A stretch of DNA of 64,000 nt, from NCBI GenBank assembly GCA_963663765.2, contig CAXXUA010000013.1:512001-576000 (forward strand). Reading direction: 5' to 3'. The DNA is from Candidatus Poribacteria bacterium. GTDB taxonomy: Bacteria; Poribacteria; WGA-4E; WGA-3G. Below the pieces are notes generated by a model. The model saw only the letters and a program-made list of their open reading frames with translations. It searched no databases and was not told the origin of the DNA. The position numbers were made by a program, and so were the translations under genes. Shown here in pieces: positions 50,815 to 59,881 of this stretch; within the stretch, counting starts at the first letter, position 1, and every line of letters starts with the position of its first letter.

Positions 50815-50850
50815 ATAAAACACGGTAGCAGGATAACTACCGTGTTTTAT
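50815..50850. terminator. Intrinsic terminator after the LamG genes
   Basis: Perfect 14-bp inverted repeat ATAAAACACGGTAG / CTACCGTGTTTTAT with A/T tails. Confidence 0.8.
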
Positions 50851-50881
50851 AAATAGACAGTTCTATGTAGAAACAGATATT

Positions 50882-51733
50882 TTATTGTGTCATACGTTGA
50901 TTTTTGAGTGAACCCCATGTCGTGGTATACTTGTCTTGGGCTTCCACACTTGTTGCAGACTGGATTATTTCTGCATATTCACCGAAGTCTGCAGCATCAA
51001 ACGCAGAATTATAGATTTCTACTTCATCAATTACACCGCCAAAGAAGTGCATATTGGAACCTGTACCATCTTCATCATGGAAAAAAGTATCACCGTTCAT
51101 ATGTGCAATACCGTTATCTGCAGCGTGTGCAAAGACTTGTCCACCCGGTTCACTGACAACCATTTCGCCATCAAGCCACATCTCAAATTTACCCGCTTCA
51201 ACAGCGTTAGTACCATCCCTAATCACCATTGCTACATGATACCATCTCTCAGAATCGATATCCACCGATGGCCAAGCCCCTGGCCAGTTGTATTCAGCAC
51301 GGTTCCAAGCAGCGACATAAACTTTACTCTCAAAAACGTAGAGTACCATACCCCGTGTACGTCCACCCTCTTCAAATATAATCTGTTTCTTCGCAGGGAT
51401 ACTTGCATCATCACATTTGAAGAATGCTATAATAGTGCGATTCGTAAACGGACCACCTGTATTGATACCTTCTTCATCGGGTAATTTGATACCTTGCGTT
51501 TCACCGTCAAAATGCAATGCTTTTCCGACTATACCATCAACAACAGTCGGTTCACCAAAGAATGTACCATTGACATCATTTCCAGAAGAATCAATGACAT
51601 CAAAAGCGTCTGCTTCTGAAGGTTCTTCATCAAAATTCCAAATGGCTTTAACGGTGGCTGCATCTTTTGCTGCGAAACTTGTTATTGTTACAAGCATAAG
51701 CAATACACATAAAATAGAAATAAACTTAACCAT
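50882..51733 (-). CDS. Secreted LamG/concanavalin A-like domain protein
   Basis: Signal peptide; W.FDE, GKALHFDG, WYHVA, F.G.IDEV.IY; C-terminal VEAQDKYTTTWGSLK. Confidence 0.88.
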   Translation of the reverse strand: MVKFISILCVLLMLVTITSFAAKDAATVKAIWNFDEEPSEADAFDVIDSSGNDVNGTFFGEPTVVDGIVGKALHFDGETQGIKLPDEEGINTGGPFTNRTIIAFFKCDDASIPAKKQIIFEEGGRTRGMVLYVFESKVYVAAWNRAEYNWPGAWPSVDIDSERWYHVAMVIRDGTNAVEAGKFEMWLDGEMVVSEPGGQVFAHAADNGIAHMNGDTFFHDEDGTGSNMHFFGGVIDEVEIYNSAFDAADFGEYAEIIQSATSVEAQDKYTTTWGSLKNQRMTQ

Positions 51734-51771
51734 TGAAAAATCTCCTTACTTTGAAGTAATAGTTTGTTTAA

Positions 51772-52620
51772 TTATTGGACTCTTTTCGTTTTTAAATTTG
51801 CCCAGGTTGTTGTAAATTTTCCTTGTGGTTCAACACTTAAGGGCTGCGCGAGCTCTGCAATGTCAGAACGATTAAAAGCTGAACTATAGACTAAGACTTC
51901 ATCAATTAACCCGCCAAAATAATCAATGTTGGAACCAGCACCACCATTGTCATGGTAGACTGCATTTTGGTTGACAAAACCAATGCCGTTGTCATCTGCG
52001 TGTGCAAAAAGTTGACCACCATCGGCAGTTTCAACCAGTTTTCCGTCTAACCAGAATTCTAGCTTATCTTTTTCTACAGCATTAGCCCCATTTCTGATGA
52101 TGAGAGCAACATGATACCAAGTCTTTGAATTTATGTCAGCGGATAACCATGCACCTTGCCAGTTTATCACTTCTGCCCGGTTCCATGCTCCAATATAGAT
52201 TTTACCATCAAAAACATATACCACTAACCCCCGTGTTCGACCACCTTCGTCAAAAATTACCTGTTTCTGTCCTTTGTTGACATCATCGCAATTGAATAGT
52301 GCTGCGATTGTTTTATTGGGAAATGGTCCACCGGTATTGATTCTGTTGGAATCGGGGATCTTTATACCGTCACTCTCGCCGTTGAATTTTAATGCTTTTC
52401 CTGCAATACTATTAACAAAATCTGGTGCGCCAACAATTACGCCATTTAATTTCTGATTTGAAGTGTCATTGACAGTACCATCGTCAAAGGTCCATATTCC
52501 TGCGACTGTGTTTTCATCACGTTGTGCTTCTGAAGGACTTGCGATAATAAACACAAATTGCAGCAAAGCGAAAATGCAAAATGTTTTTAAGATTCTATCC
52601 TTTGTCAGTTTTTGAAACAT
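51772..52620 (-). CDS. Secreted LamG domain protein (tandem paralog)
   Basis: Same motifs; shares INTGGPF, EGGRTRG and WNRAE with its neighbour; C-terminal VEPQGKFTTTWANLK. Confidence 0.88.
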   Translation of the reverse strand: MFQKLTKDRILKTFCIFALLQFVFIIASPSEAQRDENTVAGIWTFDDGTVNDTSNQKLNGVIVGAPDFVNSIAGKALKFNGESDGIKIPDSNRINTGGPFPNKTIAALFNCDDVNKGQKQVIFDEGGRTRGLVVYVFDGKIYIGAWNRAEVINWQGAWLSADINSKTWYHVALIIRNGANAVEKDKLEFWLDGKLVETADGGQLFAHADDNGIGFVNQNAVYHDNGGAGSNIDYFGGLIDEVLVYSSAFNRSDIAELAQPLSVEPQGKFTTTWANLKTKRVQ

Positions 52621-52859
52621 TTGGATGCCTCCATTAGGATCGTCTTCCTATTTTGAAATGACTATATAGTTTTCTAAATAAATATACTCCACTCTTTTAT
52701 TGATAATGAAAATATACATCCGTTGGTATTTTGATTAGTTTATTGTGCATGTCACAATATTGAGTTGATATATCTGTTGTTTATTATGACAAAAGTATGA
52801 AATTTTGTCAAATACAATATAAAATATTTAGTGTTATCTGTATGTATTTTTATGAGCAT

Positions 52860-53663
52860 TTATTCCACTGCAACGATTGCAATCTTCCACTTATCAGCCT
52901 GTTTGCATAGAGTATCCACATTGATTATAAAGGTGCGTGTTGCTTCAACCGCCAAGGCGCTTCCTTTTACAGCGTGTACTGCTTCAAGTGTTTGCATACC
53001 TACTGTGGGGATGTCTATACGAAAATCATGATTGAGTGCAGCGGCTTTGGCAACAACAACACCTTTTCCTCCCAATGTTCCCCCACGTTGTATTGTCGCA
53101 TCAGTTCCTTCTATAGCTTCAATTGCAAGGATGAGTTGGTTTTTTACAACAACAGTTTGCCCGATTTCCATGTTTGCGATTTTGCGGGCTGTGGATATAC
53201 CTGTATTTATGTCTTCCCACTGTGCAACATTAGGTTTGTGTTTCGTAAGCACACCAGGTTCGGTAAGTAGATGTGACAGCAAAAAATCTTGTTGCAAAAT
53301 AGTTATACCTGCATTCTCAAAATGCTCAAGGATTGCTGAAATCAGTACTGCAGGTTTCTGACCTCGATTTTGAGCTAACAACTTGATCGTTGTTACGTCC
53401 ATTTGAAAGGGACGAAGTAAAATACTCGGTTCTATTTTCCCAATAATTACAAGTTCATTAACACCTAAATCCAGTAGTTTCTTGGTAATTTTCTGTATCT
53501 GTCCTACTCCATAATAGTATACTTCACTTAGAATACCATCGAATCGGGATTTTTCCTCTTTGGTGATTTGAATAATAATTGGTTTTAGACCTTTGGCGGC
53601 AGCAGACTGTGCAGCGAGAATTGGGAGTTCACCTGCTCCTGCAATGATACCAACTTTTTCCAT
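52860..53663 (-). CDS. lpxI: UDP-2,3-diacylglucosamine diphosphatase LpxI
   Basis: GIIAGAGELP, IGQTVVV, AIEAIEGTD, DFRIDIPTVG motifs. Confidence 0.88.
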   Translation of the reverse strand: MEKVGIIAGAGELPILAAQSAAAKGLKPIIIQITKEEKSRFDGILSEVYYYGVGQIQKITKKLLDLGVNELVIIGKIEPSILLRPFQMDVTTIKLLAQNRGQKPAVLISAILEHFENAGITILQQDFLLSHLLTEPGVLTKHKPNVAQWEDINTGISTARKIANMEIGQTVVVKNQLILAIEAIEGTDATIQRGGTLGGKGVVVAKAAALNHDFRIDIPTVGMQTLEAVHAVKGSALAVEATRTFIINVDTLCKQADKWKIAIVAVE

Positions 53664-53700
53664 GTTTTTGCCAATATTTATATTGATGTCTAACATATTT

Positions 53701-53837
53701 TATAGTAGATTTTAGAATTATTTTTACACTTTCAGGTGCAGGAGGTAACTCCGATTCCCGACTATCAAGGCGTTCAGTCGCGATTCGGAGATCGCTCCTA
53801 CAAAAAAAGTGTAAACTTAATTGTATATTTCACTATA
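53701..53837. mobile_element. MITE family G copy 1 (137 bp) containing a REP doublet
   Basis: Ends TATAGT / ACTATA; internal G(T/C)AGGAGG.AACTCCGA...TCGGAGATCGCTCCTAC; near-identical to 55429-55580. Confidence 0.75.
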
Positions 53838-54193
53838 AGGAAACTTAATGTCAAAAATATAGATTTTTCATTGTAAAGGATAACATAAGGATGAAATAAT
53901 GAAAACAGAAAAAGTAAGAAGTAGAATATACACATTACTAAACCGAATTATCCATAATTAGTCATACTAATTGTAAATATCTGATTTTTCCTGTCTTTAT
54001 GTTTCTCATTTCCTTGAATATACGTTATAATAGATAGGTATGATTTAAGTTATAGACTTCAAATCAGTTGAGATATATCTGGAAAATCTGATTCTTATCC
54101 AGTATTATCTGACGAAAATATTATGGTTTTAGATTAAAGCAGTTTTTGATCAATACTGCTTGAGAATTTCAGTTTAATTATAGGAGATTTAAC

Positions 54194-55360
54194 ATGCTTT
54201 TTAGAAACTTGAAGATGTTCGCGTTCACCTTGACAATTGTTGCGTTGTTTGTTGGTCTTTCTGGCTGTGAGAAGGTTATTACGACGGTGACAGATCATCA
54301 TGTAGAAGAGGTAATGATTGGTATCGCCCTTGCAGAGACAGGTGCTAACGCCTCACCGTATGGACGTCCAATGAAACGGGGACTTGATTTAGCAAGAGAA
54401 GAGATTAATATGCTCGGTGACATCCGCATCACGTTCGTTCGTGCGGACGCTAAAAGCACCGTAGAGGGTGGTGTTGAAGCCGTTCAACAACTGGTGGATC
54501 AAGACGTGCCAGTAATCATTGGGATTGGCATCTCTACCCATCTTGAACAGGCATTTCCGATTGCACAAGAAGCAGGTGTGGTTGCTATTAGTCCCATTTC
54601 CTCTGCTGCTGGTTTGAGTAGTCAGGTTGGGAATTATGCCTTCCGCATCGGTCTTGCTACAGATGTTTTGATGCCTATTGGCGTGATGAGAACTAAAGAG
54701 AAACTCAATTATGAAAATGTGGCAGTGATATATGATGAAGCGGACACATACTCTACAAGTGTAAAGGTGGAGTTGGACAAGGCTCTTACGGCGAACAACG
54801 TTACAAATCTATCCACAGAAACCTTTGAAACCCACGCTACCGATTTTACGATGCAATTAACGAATATAATGAACCTTGATCCGCAGCCTGATGCTCTCTT
54901 TGTTGCTGCACTATCAGCAGAGATGGTTCAGATTATCAAGCAAGCTGATGAACTCGGTATCACTGACACGGTAAATTTAATTGTGCCAGATTTGACGAAC
55001 GCCGAAGTAGAAAAAGCGGGTACAGCTGCTGAGGGTGCGGTAGCTTTTGCGGGATGGTCAGGTCTGTTTGATACACCAGGAAACCAGGACTTCACACAGA
55101 ATTTTATGGAAAAACACGGTTTTGCACCAAGTCCATGGGCTGCCCAAGCTTATGCTACTCTCTATATACTTAATAATGCACTTAAGAATGCCGATTTGAC
55201 AGATGCAGCTTCAATCCGGGATGAACTGGCAAAAACAAAGGATTATACAACAATATTAGGGGATTTCTCATTTGACGAAAACGGTGAAGCAATATATGAA
55301 CTACATGAGGAACGAGTTGCTCTTATCGTAGAGAATGGAAAACTTAAAGTCTTGGAATAA
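54194..55360 (+). CDS. Branched-chain amino acid-type ABC substrate-binding lipoprotein (LivJ-like)
   Basis: Lipobox LSGC; G.....TG..A.YG, D....QLT, AAQAY, G.FSFDENGE. Confidence 0.85.
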   Translation: MLFRNLKMFAFTLTIVALFVGLSGCEKVITTVTDHHVEEVMIGIALAETGANASPYGRPMKRGLDLAREEINMLGDIRITFVRADAKSTVEGGVEAVQQLVDQDVPVIIGIGISTHLEQAFPIAQEAGVVAISPISSAAGLSSQVGNYAFRIGLATDVLMPIGVMRTKEKLNYENVAVIYDEADTYSTSVKVELDKALTANNVTNLSTETFETHATDFTMQLTNIMNLDPQPDALFVAALSAEMVQIIKQADELGITDTVNLIVPDLTNAEVEKAGTAAEGAVAFAGWSGLFDTPGNQDFTQNFMEKHGFAPSPWAAQAYATLYILNNALKNADLTDAASIRDELAKTKDYTTILGDFSFDENGEAIYELHEERVALIVENGKLKVLE

Positions 55361-55379
55361 TCCAAGTTTGAATTACTAC

Positions 55380-55429
55380 AAAACAGAAAAGGCATCATCG
55401 GCATATTGCTGGTGGTGGCTTTTCTGTTT
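55380..55429 (+). terminator. Intrinsic terminator after the substrate-binding protein gene
   Basis: AAACAGAAAAG...CTTTTCTGTTT hairpin with G-U-containing inner stem. Confidence 0.65.
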
Positions 55430-55580
55430 ATAGTAGATTTTAGAATTATTTTTACACTTTCAGGTGTAGGAGGGAACTCCGATTCCCGACTATCAAGGCG
55501 TTCAGTCGCGATTCGGAGATCGCTCCTACGGAGATCGCTCCTACAGAAGAAGTGTAAACTTAATTGTATATTTCACTATA
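55429..55580. mobile_element. MITE family G copy 2 (152 bp; 15-bp internal duplication)
   Basis: As copy 1, but CGGAGATCGCTCCTA is present twice. Confidence 0.75.
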
Positions 55581-55663
55581 ACCAAGTTTTTTTTGGACTT
55601 TGCAGTCGGGTTGATAACCCTAATCACATAGGTGTCTATTTAAGAATAAAATGTTGTTGTTTC

Positions 55664-55740
55664 TCTTGTAGGAGGGGTTTGTAACCCCGATTTTACAGGA
55701 TTCAAATTGTTAAATCAAGGTTACAAACCCTCCTACAAGA
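55664..55740. repeat. Inverted GTAG REP doublet; related half copy at ~17400-17447
   Basis: TCTTGTAGGAGGGGTTTGTAACC ... GGTTACAAACCCTCCTACAAGA. Confidence 0.7.
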
Positions 55741-55752
55741 AGTGCTAAGAAA

Positions 55753-58737
55753 CTATTCACGTGCTACTGGTGTGATTTTCAACTTCACCTCTTTCCCATC
55801 ACGGATGACAACGATCTCCACAGGTTCCCCGACTTTTACAGCATCAAGTGCATAAGTAAGGTCATAGATGTTGGTAACCTTTTTAGTACCGAGTTTTACT
55901 ATGACATCCTCACTCTTTATGCCTGCTTTTTCTGCGGGACCACCAGCAACAACACCTGACAGTTTCACACCTTCACCTTCTGTTGTATAATCAGGAATAG
56001 TGCCTAAGTATGCACGCATTGATGCACGACTTGCTTGTCCGGGTGCGTTGCGTTCAACCTTTACGTATTCCGGTCTTTCCTCCGCACTGATTAAGTCAGA
56101 AATCACACCATAAGCAAGACTTGAGATGCGTTCTAAACCCGCATAGTTCAGTGTGTCAGGATCATCGGAAGGACGGTTATAATTCTGGTGTAAGCCTGTA
56201 AAGAAACTGAGCACTGGTACATTCTTTGGATAAAATGCTGTCACATCTGTTGGCATATACGGATCTTTAATAAGTGTGATATTTAGTCCTATGGGCACAT
56301 TCCGTTTCTCAATAATATTTGTCCACACAGGAGAAGATCCGATACCTTGTATAGTAAGTTTGTTATTGCGGAGTCGTCCCACCATATCAAAGTTGATGTA
56401 AGCAGCAACTTGTTCTAATGGCAATGTAGGTTTATTAACAAAATGTGTAGAACCGATAAGACCGAGCTCTTCACCCGACCACAGTGCAAAGATAACGCCT
56501 CTTTTGAACTTTTCTGGGTGGTTTTTGCGTTCTTCACTGAACATTTCTGCTAATTTTAGAACGACAGCAGTACCAGATGCGTTATCATCGGCACCGTTAT
56601 GGATTTTCTTTCTGTTTTCTCCTTTAGCAAGCGAACCTACCTCTCCGTAACCGATATGGTCGTAGTGACCACCAACGATTATGTATTCGCTCTTTTCAGT
56701 TTCAGTAGTGGGAGGAAGCATTGCAATGACATTCTTGTCTGATGTCTTTTTCTTTTCTAAGGATGCAGATACCTTGAGTTTTACATCGGGAATAGCGAAT
56801 TGTCCGACATAGTGTGGATTCTCTATGTCAAGACCGGTCTGTACCTCTTTCAAGTTTTTGCCAGTAGTTGCTAAGAGTGCATTAGCAACTGTGTGGGTAA
56901 TTGAACCCGCGACAATACCGCAATCAGGACTTCTATTATCAAATGTTAGAGGGATAATTTTGCCAGCATTTTGGGAGTTCGGACCTGATACGGTCAGGAA
57001 CGCTTTCGCGCCTTTATCCCGTGCTTGTATTGCTTTGTAACGTATCCCCGCATACCGAATCAACTGTTGTTTACGTTCGTTCTTCACACCTTCCGGTACA
57101 TAACGAAGTGCAATAACGATTTTGTCCTTTACATCAATTCCTGCGTAAGAATCATAGTTTTCTCCCGAATTTTCAGGTGCTGACAATCCATATCCGACAA
57201 AGACCACTTCGCCTTCCACTTCACCATTACTTGAAAACGAGAAAGGTAGAAAATCTTGCTTTACAGCAAATTTGAGCTGCTCCTCAGTGCCATCAATTTT
57301 ACGTGTAAGTAGGAAGTTATTTTCTTCGGGTATGAGTTTGCTACCAGCATTGAAATCAAAGGTTTGGAAAAAACCACCGTCTTCACCTGCTGGCTTGATA
57401 TTGTGTTGAGTCATAAAATCAGCGATATAATCTGCAGCAAGTTTTGAACCTTCAGAACCTGTCATCCTACCTTCTAAATCATCACTTGCCAGATATTCAA
57501 CATGTTGTTGGATGCTACTTTTTACCTCAACTTCAAATTCGGCATAAGCTGGTTCGACTTCATGAACTTCTTCTCCTCTGTCATTGATTCTTGATACCTG
57601 TCTTGTAGGTGAAACGGAAATTGCATCTAATGCTGCTTGATGATCCCATGTCGCGAGATAGAGTTGTGACACCTTTTGATTGTTGCGATTTGAGGTCCAA
57701 CACAAGCGGTTTCCATCCGGTGAAAACACGGGTAATCCATCAAACCCATCAGTTGAGGTGATTTGAATAGGCTCATGTCTTCCTATGGCATCTACAATAA
57801 ATAGTTCAAAATTAGCAAAACCGAGTTTGTTAGATGCGAAAATGGCGTAAGCACCACTGGGATGAAAATAGGGTGCCCAAGACATACTGCCGAAATTGGT
57901 TAGCCGTTGAACGTCAGAACCGTCTAAACGCATTGTATATATGTCCGCTGTTTTTCCATCAGGAGAAAAATACCGCCAGACGATACGTTGCCCATCCGGT
58001 GTGAAAAATGGACCGCCATCATAGCCGGGTGAATCAGTCAAACGCGTTTGGTTAGAACCGTCGGCATTCATAATATAGATTTCACCGAAATAGGAAGGAT
58101 CCACTTCAAATTGTTTAAGTGCTTTTGGAGAGAGATTACTTTTTGGATATGCATCCCGCAAAGAACAGAAGACGATGTATTTTCCATCAGGAGAATATGA
58201 CCCTTCTGCATCGTAGCCATGTGCGTCTGTCAACTGCTTGAGGTTGCCACCATCGCTATTTGCTGAAAAGATGTCCATTGCTTCATCGTAATCCCAACTA
58301 TACCTTCGTTCCTTTCCAGATGCTCTAAAGTTGAGTTCTTCCTTCTGTTTTGCTTCTGCGAAAACGTCGTGATGGGTAGATGCATATAGGACGTGATCAC
58401 TACCCGGACGAAAGAAAGCACAAGTTGTTTTTCCGATTCCAGGGGAGACTCGGTGGGTGTCACCTGTCAATAGGTTTAGTGTGTATATTTGAAAGAATGG
58501 GTTTTCAGGTTCACGTTCACTTTGAAATATGAGCGCGTTTCCATCTTCCGAAAAATATCCTTCCCCCGCACGTTTCCCGTCATAAGTAAGTTGTCTGATA
58601 TTCGTAAGGAATTCTGCCTCATCAACTGTATTTGCGTCTGTTTTTTCGTCCGTAACGTCTTGAAGTCCTGCATAACTCATGGAAAAAACAGTTATGAAAA
58701 TCGTACAAACAAGACATATCAATTTAAAGCGGTACAT
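55753..58737 (-). CDS. Secreted M28 peptidase with N-terminal TolB/PD40 propeller, PA and PDZ domains
   Basis: PD40 repeats; GGHYDHIG, NGADDNASG, SGEELGL, NFDMVG; YLGTIPD PDZ domain. Confidence 0.9.
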   Translation of the reverse strand: MYRFKLICLVCTIFITVFSMSYAGLQDVTDEKTDANTVDEAEFLTNIRQLTYDGKRAGEGYFSEDGNALIFQSEREPENPFFQIYTLNLLTGDTHRVSPGIGKTTCAFFRPGSDHVLYASTHHDVFAEAKQKEELNFRASGKERRYSWDYDEAMDIFSANSDGGNLKQLTDAHGYDAEGSYSPDGKYIVFCSLRDAYPKSNLSPKALKQFEVDPSYFGEIYIMNADGSNQTRLTDSPGYDGGPFFTPDGQRIVWRYFSPDGKTADIYTMRLDGSDVQRLTNFGSMSWAPYFHPSGAYAIFASNKLGFANFELFIVDAIGRHEPIQITSTDGFDGLPVFSPDGNRLCWTSNRNNQKVSQLYLATWDHQAALDAISVSPTRQVSRINDRGEEVHEVEPAYAEFEVEVKSSIQQHVEYLASDDLEGRMTGSEGSKLAADYIADFMTQHNIKPAGEDGGFFQTFDFNAGSKLIPEENNFLLTRKIDGTEEQLKFAVKQDFLPFSFSSNGEVEGEVVFVGYGLSAPENSGENYDSYAGIDVKDKIVIALRYVPEGVKNERKQQLIRYAGIRYKAIQARDKGAKAFLTVSGPNSQNAGKIIPLTFDNRSPDCGIVAGSITHTVANALLATTGKNLKEVQTGLDIENPHYVGQFAIPDVKLKVSASLEKKKTSDKNVIAMLPPTTETEKSEYIIVGGHYDHIGYGEVGSLAKGENRKKIHNGADDNASGTAVVLKLAEMFSEERKNHPEKFKRGVIFALWSGEELGLIGSTHFVNKPTLPLEQVAAYINFDMVGRLRNNKLTIQGIGSSPVWTNIIEKRNVPIGLNITLIKDPYMPTDVTAFYPKNVPVLSFFTGLHQNYNRPSDDPDTLNYAGLERISSLAYGVISDLISAEERPEYVKVERNAPGQASRASMRAYLGTIPDYTTEGEGVKLSGVVAGGPAEKAGIKSEDVIVKLGTKKVTNIYDLTYALDAVKVGEPVEIVVIRDGKEVKLKITPVARE

Positions 58738-58809
58738 CTTAATCTCTCCTATGATCGTAATATGTTCATTGATTCCAATCGCATTACGTTTACATCGTAT
58801 AAATTGTAG

Positions 58810-58932
58810 CAGGACTTAAGCAATTTTCATGGTTTTCTCAAGAATTGTATAGAAAAGAATGTAATATTCAATACAATTCTGTGTTTCCAGCGCGCTTACA
58901 AAGCTCGCCTCCCGTTGGGTGCCTAAGTCCTA
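58810..58932. mobile_element. MITE family H copy 2 (degenerate)
   Basis: CAGGACTTAAGCA ... GTTTCCAGCGCGCTTACAAAGC ... CTAAGTCCTA, colinear with 21612-21733. Confidence 0.72.
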
Positions 58933-59784
58933 TTATAGGTACTCAGCTGCTTTCTGTTTGAGAAATGCAAGTCCATCTGAAGCGAGACTTTCTGCACTCG
59001 GTGCAATATCGCGCCAGATGCAAGTTGCAGCAGCAATCTCTTTGACAGCAGGTGTGAACGACTCAATAACAAGCCATCTATCATAGTTAACTTTTGCCAA
59101 AGCACCAAAAACACCATCCCAATCAACAAGTCCTGTCCCCGGTGTGCCTCGGTCATTTTCACAACAGTGCATGTGATGTAGCAAATCACCTGTATTAACA
59201 ATCGCATCTGCTTGATTTTTCTCTTCAATGTTCATGTGGAATGTATCTAAATGCACCTTAAAGTAGGGACTACCTACTGCTTGACTAAGTTTTACACCGT
59301 CTTCAGCGATGTTGACAAAATAGGTTTCAAAACGGTTCAACGGTTCACTTGCAAGTGTAACACCGTGTTTTCCACTAAATTCTGCTACTTCTTGCAGACC
59401 TTCAACACACCATTCCCATTCCTGATTGTTTCTACCGCGTCCGACAAGTTTACCAACAGCACTATACATAGGTCCGACAAGTGTATCAGCACCCAATTCA
59501 GCGATCACTTCAACGGTGCGTTTGAGATAGGTTTTCGCGTTTTCACGAATTTTTGGGTCTTCGTCAATTGGATTCCTATCACCACCCATGATATTGCACC
59601 CAATGGTTTCTAAACCAGTATCTTTTAGAATTGCTTGGGTATAGGGAATGTCCACTGTATCAGGATCAAAAACGGGAATTTCAACTCCATCAAAACCCAG
59701 CTCTGCAACCTTTGGAATCAGGTCAGCAGTTTCTTTGTCGAATTTATCTGCCCATAATAATAAATTTACACCAAACTTTGGCAT
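58933..59784 (-). CDS. Ketose 3-epimerase (D-psicose/D-tagatose 3-epimerase-like) family protein
   Basis: GFDGVEI, EPLNRFE, DTFHMNIEE, H..ENDRG.PG.G, IESF motifs. Confidence 0.88.
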   Translation of the reverse strand: MPKFGVNLLLWADKFDKETADLIPKVAELGFDGVEIPVFDPDTVDIPYTQAILKDTGLETIGCNIMGGDRNPIDEDPKIRENAKTYLKRTVEVIAELGADTLVGPMYSAVGKLVGRGRNNQEWEWCVEGLQEVAEFSGKHGVTLASEPLNRFETYFVNIAEDGVKLSQAVGSPYFKVHLDTFHMNIEEKNQADAIVNTGDLLHHMHCCENDRGTPGTGLVDWDGVFGALAKVNYDRWLVIESFTPAVKEIAAATCIWRDIAPSAESLASDGLAFLKQKAAEYL

Positions 59785-59881
59785 AACTGTCGTTCTCCTT
59801 ATTGTCAATTATTGGATTTTTTACAATGAACTATCATGTCTTACAAAAGTTATGTTTTTAACATCTGAGATGTGTGAAGAA

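Noticed and set aside
55406-55684. ORFs 55406..55684, 34213..34452, 17222..17404, 47235..47417 and 47330..47557
   Set aside because: They lie in or across MITE/REP repeats and have no protein-like features.
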